Source: Alphaproteobacteria bacterium | GTDB lineage: Bacteria; Pseudomonadota; Alphaproteobacteria; 16-39-46; JAJRRM01 | NCBI GenBank assembly: GCA_024279475.1 | Contig: JAJRRM010000114.1 | Location: forward strand, 6,803 to 70,802 | DNA: 64,000 nucleotides | Direction: 5' to 3' | Shown here: positions 58,692 through 64,000 of the stretch, in pieces | How the letters are laid out: each line of letters starts with the position of its first letter | How positions within the stretch are numbered: the first letter of the stretch is position 1 | Translations under genes and position numbers: made by a program | The notes under the pieces: generated by a model | Told to the model about the DNA's origin: nothing | The model's input: only the letters and a program-made list of their open reading frames with translations | The model's database searches: none

Positions 58692-60527
58692 ATGCGTGAT
58701 ATTCCTGTATTAAGCTTGCGTGATGTGAATTTATCCTTTGGATCAAAGACACTGTTTGATAACTTGACTATAGATATTGGTCGATTTGATAAAATCACCC
58801 TAGTTGGTCATAATGGCTGTGGGAAAAGCACTCTCTTGAAAGTTTTAGATGGCCATTTACCCCAGGATACTGGCGAACGCTACGAAGAACCCGGTATTAA
58901 TATTGTTTATATGGAGCAAGATCCTGTATTTGAAAATGAAGAAATCAGCACTGAAAAATTTCTTCGACAGCAACTAAAAGACCCCTCTTTATTCTATAAA
59001 GCTGAGGAATATACTCAGTCCTTAGAAGTTAATTTAAAAAATCCTATTAGTATTTTATCTGGTGGTGAACGTCGCCGTTTAGCACTTGTATCTACCTTTA
59101 TGCAAGAACCTGACGTTATTTTAATGGATGAACCTACCAACCATCTGGATTTATCTACCATTCAATGGCTTGAAAGAAAACTTATTAGCTTCCGTGGAGC
59201 TTTTGTAGTTATTAGCCACGATCGCACATTCTTGTCCAATATAACAACTGCTATCTTATGGATTGAACGTGGCCATATTCATCGCCTAGATAAAGGATTT
59301 GAATATTTTTATGACTGGCAAAGCTCTCTCTTAGATCAAGAGGCTCAGCAGATGCAACGCCTAGGAAGCCTTTTAAAGAAAGAGCAGCGCTGGTTGCACC
59401 GAGGTGTCACTGCTCGACGAAAACGTAATCAAGGGCGCATTCAAAAATTGCATGAGCTACGAGAACAACGTGCGACGCTTCTTCAGCAACCTCGCACTGG
59501 AAACTGGAATCCCCCTAAAGAAATCTCTGCTTCTAAAGTCATTATTGAGGCTTTTAATATTTCTAAGTCTTTTGGTGATAGAGTTCTAGTAAATGATTTT
59601 TCCACCCGAATTCTAAAAGGCGACCGCATTGGTATCATTGGCCCTAATGGCGCTGGAAAAACAACACTCCTTAAGCTGCTAACTGGCGCTATAAATCCTG
59701 ATGTAGGTTTAACAAAAATTGGAAAAAAAATAGATATTGTATATCTTGATCAACATAGGTCAGAATTAAACCCTAAAAAAAGCATAAAGGAAATCCTATG
59801 TCCCAGCGGTGGTGATCATGTAGGAATTGGCGAAGAGCACCGACATGTTATTTCTTATTTAAAAGACTTCCTGTTTTCTCCAGAGCAAGTTGACTCTAAA
59901 ATAAGCACCTTATCTGGTGGAGAACGCAATCGCTTGCTACTAGCAAAGTCTCTTTCCCTTCCATCTTCTATTCTCATTCTAGATGAGCCCACCAATGACC
60001 TTGATATGGATACATTAGATATACTGCAAGATATGTTAGACAGCTACGCTGGAACTATTTTAATGGTTAGTCATGATAGAGATTTTTTAGATAAAACTGT
60101 CACATCTATCATCTCTTTTGAAGAAAATGGAAAACTTATTGAATATGCAGGCAGCTATAGTGATTTTCTTTCCGCTCAAAAGAGAAAAGAAAAAAATGTA
60201 GAGTTAAAAAGCCAAAAACCAAAAATAACTCCTTTTTACAAAAAAAAACCGGCAATAGAATATAAAAACCGACTTACTTATAAACATACTTACCGATTAA
60301 AAAAAATTCCTACAGAAATGCAAGAACTAGAAAAAACTATACTATGCTGCGAAGAGCAACTTCATGACACAACTTTTTATGAACGTGATCCAAAAGCTTT
60401 TAATAAACTTTCCTTTGATTTAGAATCATACGAAGAAAAAAAGATGTTATTAGAAGAAGAATGGTTAAAACTTGAGTTAATTCAAGAAGAATTAAAAATT
60501 AAGAAGGATGAAAAGGAAAAAAAATGA
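58692..60527 (+). CDS. ABC-F family ATPase (Uup-like)
   Basis: Two ABC cassettes (GHNGCGKST/LSGGERRRLAL and GPNGAGKTT/LSGGERNRLLLA), no TM domain, and a C-terminal coiled-coil tail. Confidence 0.85.
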   Translation: MRDIPVLSLRDVNLSFGSKTLFDNLTIDIGRFDKITLVGHNGCGKSTLLKVLDGHLPQDTGERYEEPGINIVYMEQDPVFENEEISTEKFLRQQLKDPSLFYKAEEYTQSLEVNLKNPISILSGGERRRLALVSTFMQEPDVILMDEPTNHLDLSTIQWLERKLISFRGAFVVISHDRTFLSNITTAILWIERGHIHRLDKGFEYFYDWQSSLLDQEAQQMQRLGSLLKKEQRWLHRGVTARRKRNQGRIQKLHELREQRATLLQQPRTGNWNPPKEISASKVIIEAFNISKSFGDRVLVNDFSTRILKGDRIGIIGPNGAGKTTLLKLLTGAINPDVGLTKIGKKIDIVYLDQHRSELNPKKSIKEILCPSGGDHVGIGEEHRHVISYLKDFLFSPEQVDSKISTLSGGERNRLLLAKSLSLPSSILILDEPTNDLDMDTLDILQDMLDSYAGTILMVSHDRDFLDKTVTSIISFEENGKLIEYAGSYSDFLSAQKRKEKNVELKSQKPKITPFYKKKPAIEYKNRLTYKHTYRLKKIPTEMQELEKTILCCEEQLHDTTFYERDPKAFNKLSFDLESYEEKKMLLEEEWLKLELIQEELKIKKDEKEKK

Positions 60528-60784
60528 GCCTAGAACAATCCATTCGTGAAAAATTAATAAAAAAATTTAACCCTGTAAAATTAGTTGTTATTAATCAATC
60601 GTCGGAACACGCAGGACATGCCGGCTCACCTGGTACAGGTAATTCTCATTTTTTAATTGAGATTATATCTTCTTCATTTAAGGGGAAAAATCGGGTTCAA
60701 GCTCAGCGTATGGTATATGCTGTTTTAGAAGAAGAAATGAAAAAAGATATACATGCTTTAGCTTTAACCGTTTCTAGTTCTTAG
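60524..60784 (+). CDS. BolA-family protein
   Basis: SEHAGHAG...HF.I.I.S..F.G...V..QRMVY..L..E....IHAL. 4-nt overlap with the upstream ABC-F gene. Confidence 0.8.
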   Translation: MSLEQSIREKLIKKFNPVKLVVINQSSEHAGHAGSPGTGNSHFLIEIISSSFKGKNRVQAQRMVYAVLEEEMKKDIHALALTVSSS

Positions 60785-61973
60785 CATTTTTTTTAACATC
60801 TCTTATATAGTAGCAGACACAAAAAGCTCCTGTAGATGCAGAAAAAATAAGCCAAGCTAACGGTTCAAATGAATCTTTGTAGAAATATCCTGTAAGAGTT
60901 ATGAAAATGGAGCTCAAAAGCATTTCAATCGCAATTAAGGCAGCTGATGCAGTTCCTGCTTTTTCTGGAAAAACATCTAATGCAACAGATGCACTATTGG
61001 AAATAATAAAGCCCATGAAAAAGATATAAGCTGCTGTAGAAAAACGAATAACACTTGGATCAGTAGGAAAAATGTAGGCAACAATCACATTTGAAATACC
61101 CATAGCAAAGAAAAATTTAATAGCTTTCCACAATAAATATTTTGCCCCTAACTTCTCTACTGTACGTCTATTAATTTCTGCAGCAAAAACATAAGCAATA
61201 ACTCCAGCAAGTAAGTACAATGTAAAATGTAAAACATCAAATCCAAAAACTTCTTGATAAAGATATGGTGTACCAACAATAATCACAAAAAGACCTGAAA
61301 AAACAAAGCCTGAAACTATAGAGTACCCAAAGAATTCTTTATTAAGTAAAATTTCTTTGTATGAAAAATATATTTTTTTCAAAGTTATAGTCGTTCTTTT
61401 TTCTTCAGGAAGAGTTTCTGGTAACCTAAAAAAAAGCAAAAGAAAAGCAGCACAACTCATAGCAAAAATAAGATAAAAATTATACTGCCAACCAACATAC
61501 TCAGATATAAATCCTCCAAGTATAGGAGCAACAGCCGGGGAAGTTGCAATATATAATTCCAAAACTGTTAAAACCTTTGCACTTCTATTTCCAGAATAAA
61601 GATCCCTTATCATGGCAATCGCCAGTATGTCTGCAACACAAGTTCCTGCTCCTTGAATAAAGCGTCCTGCAATCATAATAGGTAAGCTTGGAATAAATGC
61701 ACAAATAGCACTTCCTAGGAGAAATATTCCCATACCAATTATAAATATTTTACGACGACCATAAGCATCTGAAAGTGGGCCATAAAAAACACCTATAAGA
61801 GGAAAACATAGTAAATTAGCTGTTACTGTTAAATTGAGCCAATTATCAGAAGTTTTATAATATTTTGCCATTACTGGCAAACTCGGAATATATAAATCTC
61901 CTGCTGCCATAGTAGCCCAAATAGCTATTATTAATAAATAAAGGAATCTTGATCTTTTTGAAGAAGAAACCAC
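60774..61973 (-). CDS. MFS transporter (Bcr/CflA-like), copy 2
   Basis: 12-TM profile and the YGPLSDAYGRRKIF motif. Confidence 0.8.
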   Translation of the reverse strand: MVSSSKRSRFLYLLIIAIWATMAAGDLYIPSLPVMAKYYKTSDNWLNLTVTANLLCFPLIGVFYGPLSDAYGRRKIFIIGMGIFLLGSAICAFIPSLPIMIAGRFIQGAGTCVADILAIAMIRDLYSGNRSAKVLTVLELYIATSPAVAPILGGFISEYVGWQYNFYLIFAMSCAAFLLLFFRLPETLPEEKRTTITLKKIYFSYKEILLNKEFFGYSIVSGFVFSGLFVIIVGTPYLYQEVFGFDVLHFTLYLLAGVIAYVFAAEINRRTVEKLGAKYLLWKAIKFFFAMGISNVIVAYIFPTDPSVIRFSTAAYIFFMGFIISNSASVALDVFPEKAGTASAALIAIEMLLSSIFITLTGYFYKDSFEPLAWLIFSASTGAFCVCYYIRDVKKNAKN

Positions 61974-63209
61974 CTAATTCTCCTGTCGTGCAAAAATACG
62001 ATAACCAAAAATGAAAATTATAAACCCAAACGTCATAAAAACTAATAACATAGGCCAGAAAGTATGGTTATAAAACTCTGCTATAACAGCTGTACTTATA
62101 GCTGTTCCACCAAGCTGTATTAATCTCACCAAAGAGGCTGTATATCCTTTTGCCTCTGGCACTGTTGACATAGATAGGGGCATTGCTGTTGAGAACACAC
62201 AACCAACGCCTATATTAAAAACAAACATGCACATAGAAAAAATAAATGGGTCTCTAATATCTTCAATCATCACAATAAAAAATAGCATAGGCGCTATTAA
62301 GCATAATAGACTACCAAGCCTTAATAACCTTGTAAGGCCATAGTCCATAACAAACCTATTAATGATAAAATTACCAACTATAATACCTGAGACTGAAAAC
62401 ATCTGATAGTATCCAAAATGTTGTAATTCCACCCCCAATTGCTGGACGAACATAAAGACTGCTGTAACATTATACATCATCATACTAGCATGCGCTAAAG
62501 CAAGCATAACAGCGTACTGCAGAAACTCCCTCTTCCTAATAACTTTCAAAAATGTTTCCATCATGAGTTTAGGGGAAAAAAGTAACCGAACGTTTTTTTG
62601 ATGCGTTTCTGGCAAATAAAAAAAGGTTATTCCCGTAACAATTATGCCTGATATAGCTATGAATATGTATATTGATTGCCACCCATAGTAAGCTTCAAGG
62701 TAACCTCCTAATAAAGGTGCCGTGGCTGGAGCAAGAGGAATTACTAACCCCAAGCTTGCAATGGTTTTTGCAGCTGAAGCACCTTCAAATGCATCTTTTG
62801 CAATAGCTAAAACAATAACTGCTCCCGATCCCACATGCAATCCTTGAAGAAATTGAAGCAGCATAAACATTTCAATAGTTGTTGCAAAAGAGCTAAGAAA
62901 TGAAAAAACAGTGTACATAATTAAAGTAAAAATAAGAATTTTTTTTCGACCAAATGAATCAGATAAAGGACCATAAATAAGGCCTGAAAAAGCACTTCCT
63001 AAAAAAATTATACTAGAGATTTGCTGTGCTGTATCTTTATCTACGTGAAAGTATTTTGCTAATACTGGCAAAATTGGCATAGCAATTGTCATAGAAATAA
63101 TAGAGAAAAAAGATATTACGCATAGCAATACCTTTAAACCAAAACCAAAATTTGGTTTTATATTTTCAGGATCCTTATAGGAAGTGGATAACGATTCAAT
63201 TTCAGACAT
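61974..63209 (-). CDS. MFS transporter (Bcr/CflA-like), copy 1
   Basis: 12-TM profile and the YGPLSDSFGRKKIL motif. Directly abuts copy 2. Confidence 0.8.
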   Translation of the reverse strand: MSEIESLSTSYKDPENIKPNFGFGLKVLLCVISFFSIISMTIAMPILPVLAKYFHVDKDTAQQISSIIFLGSAFSGLIYGPLSDSFGRKKILIFTLIMYTVFSFLSSFATTIEMFMLLQFLQGLHVGSGAVIVLAIAKDAFEGASAAKTIASLGLVIPLAPATAPLLGGYLEAYYGWQSIYIFIAISGIIVTGITFFYLPETHQKNVRLLFSPKLMMETFLKVIRKREFLQYAVMLALAHASMMMYNVTAVFMFVQQLGVELQHFGYYQMFSVSGIIVGNFIINRFVMDYGLTRLLRLGSLLCLIAPMLFFIVMIEDIRDPFIFSMCMFVFNIGVGCVFSTAMPLSMSTVPEAKGYTASLVRLIQLGGTAISTAVIAEFYNHTFWPMLLVFMTFGFIIFIFGYRIFARQEN

Positions 63210-63222
63210 ATGATTTAGCTAT

Positions 63223-64000
63223 TTAAGGCAGTTCTAGTAATTTTTTTTCTAATAATTTTATCTCATCCCTATAGTGCGATGCACTCTCAAACTCAAGGTT
63301 TTCTGCCGCTTTTAGCATTCTTTTTTCTAACAACTGAATTCGCTTTATTAAGTCTTGCGGCTTTAAATAACTTTTCTTAGATGTATCCTCTAATACTATA
63401 GCATTTTTATTAAAAACACTATCCATAATAGTCTTTTTTACTGAGACTGGGATAATGTTATTTTTATCGTTATACGCTCTTTGTATTTTTCGTCGTCTAT
63501 TAGTTTCCTCCAAAGCGCCAGTTAGAGCAGGCGTCTTTTTATCTGCATAAAGTAAAGCTCTTCCCTCTATATGACGTGCTGCTCGACCAATAGTTTGAAC
63601 CAAAGCTGTCTTAGACCTCAAAAACCCTTGCTTATCTGCATCTAAAATTGCCACCAATGAGCATTCTGGAATATCAAGGCCTTCACGCAATAAATTTATG
63701 CCCACTAATACATCAAATACACCCTGACGAAAATCTTGAATTATTTTAATACGCTCCAATGTTTCCACATCTGAGTGCAGGTAACGCGTCTTTAACCCTG
63801 ATTCTGTAAGGTACTCTGTAAGAGCCTCTGACATCTTCTTTGTAAGCGTTGTTATTAAAACTCTCTGATCTTTTGAAGCTCTTATCTTTGCTTCATGAAT
63901 TATATCATCTATCTGATTTTCAGTTGATCTAATTTCACAGATAGGATCAATTAAACCTGTGGGACGGATAATTTGTTCCACCACCTCTCCTTGCGTTTGT
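63223..64000 (-). CDS. uvrB: excinuclease ABC subunit B, C-terminal part (5' end outside the window)
   Basis: VEQIIRPTGL.DP, LITTLTKKMSE.LTEYL, YLHSDVETLERIKIIQDFR.G.FDVLVGINLLREGLDIPE and a C-terminal UVR domain (FE.A..YRDEI). The frame stays open to the window edge. Confidence 0.9.
   Translation of the reverse strand, partial: QTQGEVVEQIIRPTGLIDPICEIRSTENQIDDIIHEAKIRASKDQRVLITTLTKKMSEALTEYLTESGLKTRYLHSDVETLERIKIIQDFRQGVFDVLVGINLLREGLDIPECSLVAILDADKQGFLRSKTALVQTIGRAARHIEGRALLYADKKTPALTGALEETNRRRKIQRAYNDKNNIIPVSVKKTIMDSVFNKNAIVLEDTSKKSYLKPQDLIKRIQLLEKRMLKAAENLEFESASHYRDEIKLLEKKLLELP

Overview
AT-rich (about one-third G+C by eye), gene-dense chromosomal segment. It looks like an obligately intracellular-type alphaproteobacterium (Holosporales/Rickettsiales-like). 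Lineage and lifestyle markers read from the sequence are a Tlc-type ATP/ADP translocase, a circularly permuted two-piece tmRNA with an ANDN... tag, an alpha-type SspB, ChpT, MipZ, duplicated F0 b/b' subunits, RpoH, and a tRNA-His that keeps G-1:C73. The core content is ordinary. It holds a complete dcw cluster mraZ-rsmH-ftsL-ftsI-murE-murF-mraY-murD-ftsW-murG-murC-murB-ddl-ftsQ-ftsA (23.9-40.6 kb) that stops without ftsZ. It also holds central metabolism (fumC, tkt, gap, acnA), sodB, ubiE, trmB, the ATP synthase F0 operon, rpoZ, acpS-lepB-rnc-era, rpsU, an ABC-F ATPase, bolA, two tandem MFS genes and the 3' part of uvrB. The non-ordinary part is the left 10 kb, all on the minus strand. It contains: (i) a bufferin-type RiPP pair (DUF2282 precursor plus DUF692 enzyme, cut by the window edge); (ii) a tightly packed trio of a degenerate TAXI-type binding protein, a TPR-secretin fusion lipoprotein and an 81-aa protein, with no pilus or T2SS genes anywhere in the window; (iii) a pentapeptide-repeat lipoprotein; and (iv) a secreted Cys-rich protein with two long poly-Asp tracts, translationally coupled to nagZ and an AsmA/YhdP-like gene. 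The trio in (ii) is my best candidate for an undescribed system. Three unusually long ORF-free spacers (12.25-13.48 kb, 23.23-23.88 kb, 57.55-58.22 kb) carry decayed IS fragments and candidate regulatory or sRNA signals. The tmRNA gene lies directly upstream of sspB and encodes an unusually long tag with a duplicated NDN motif. No CRISPR array, rRNA, intact mobile element or recognisable defence system was seen.
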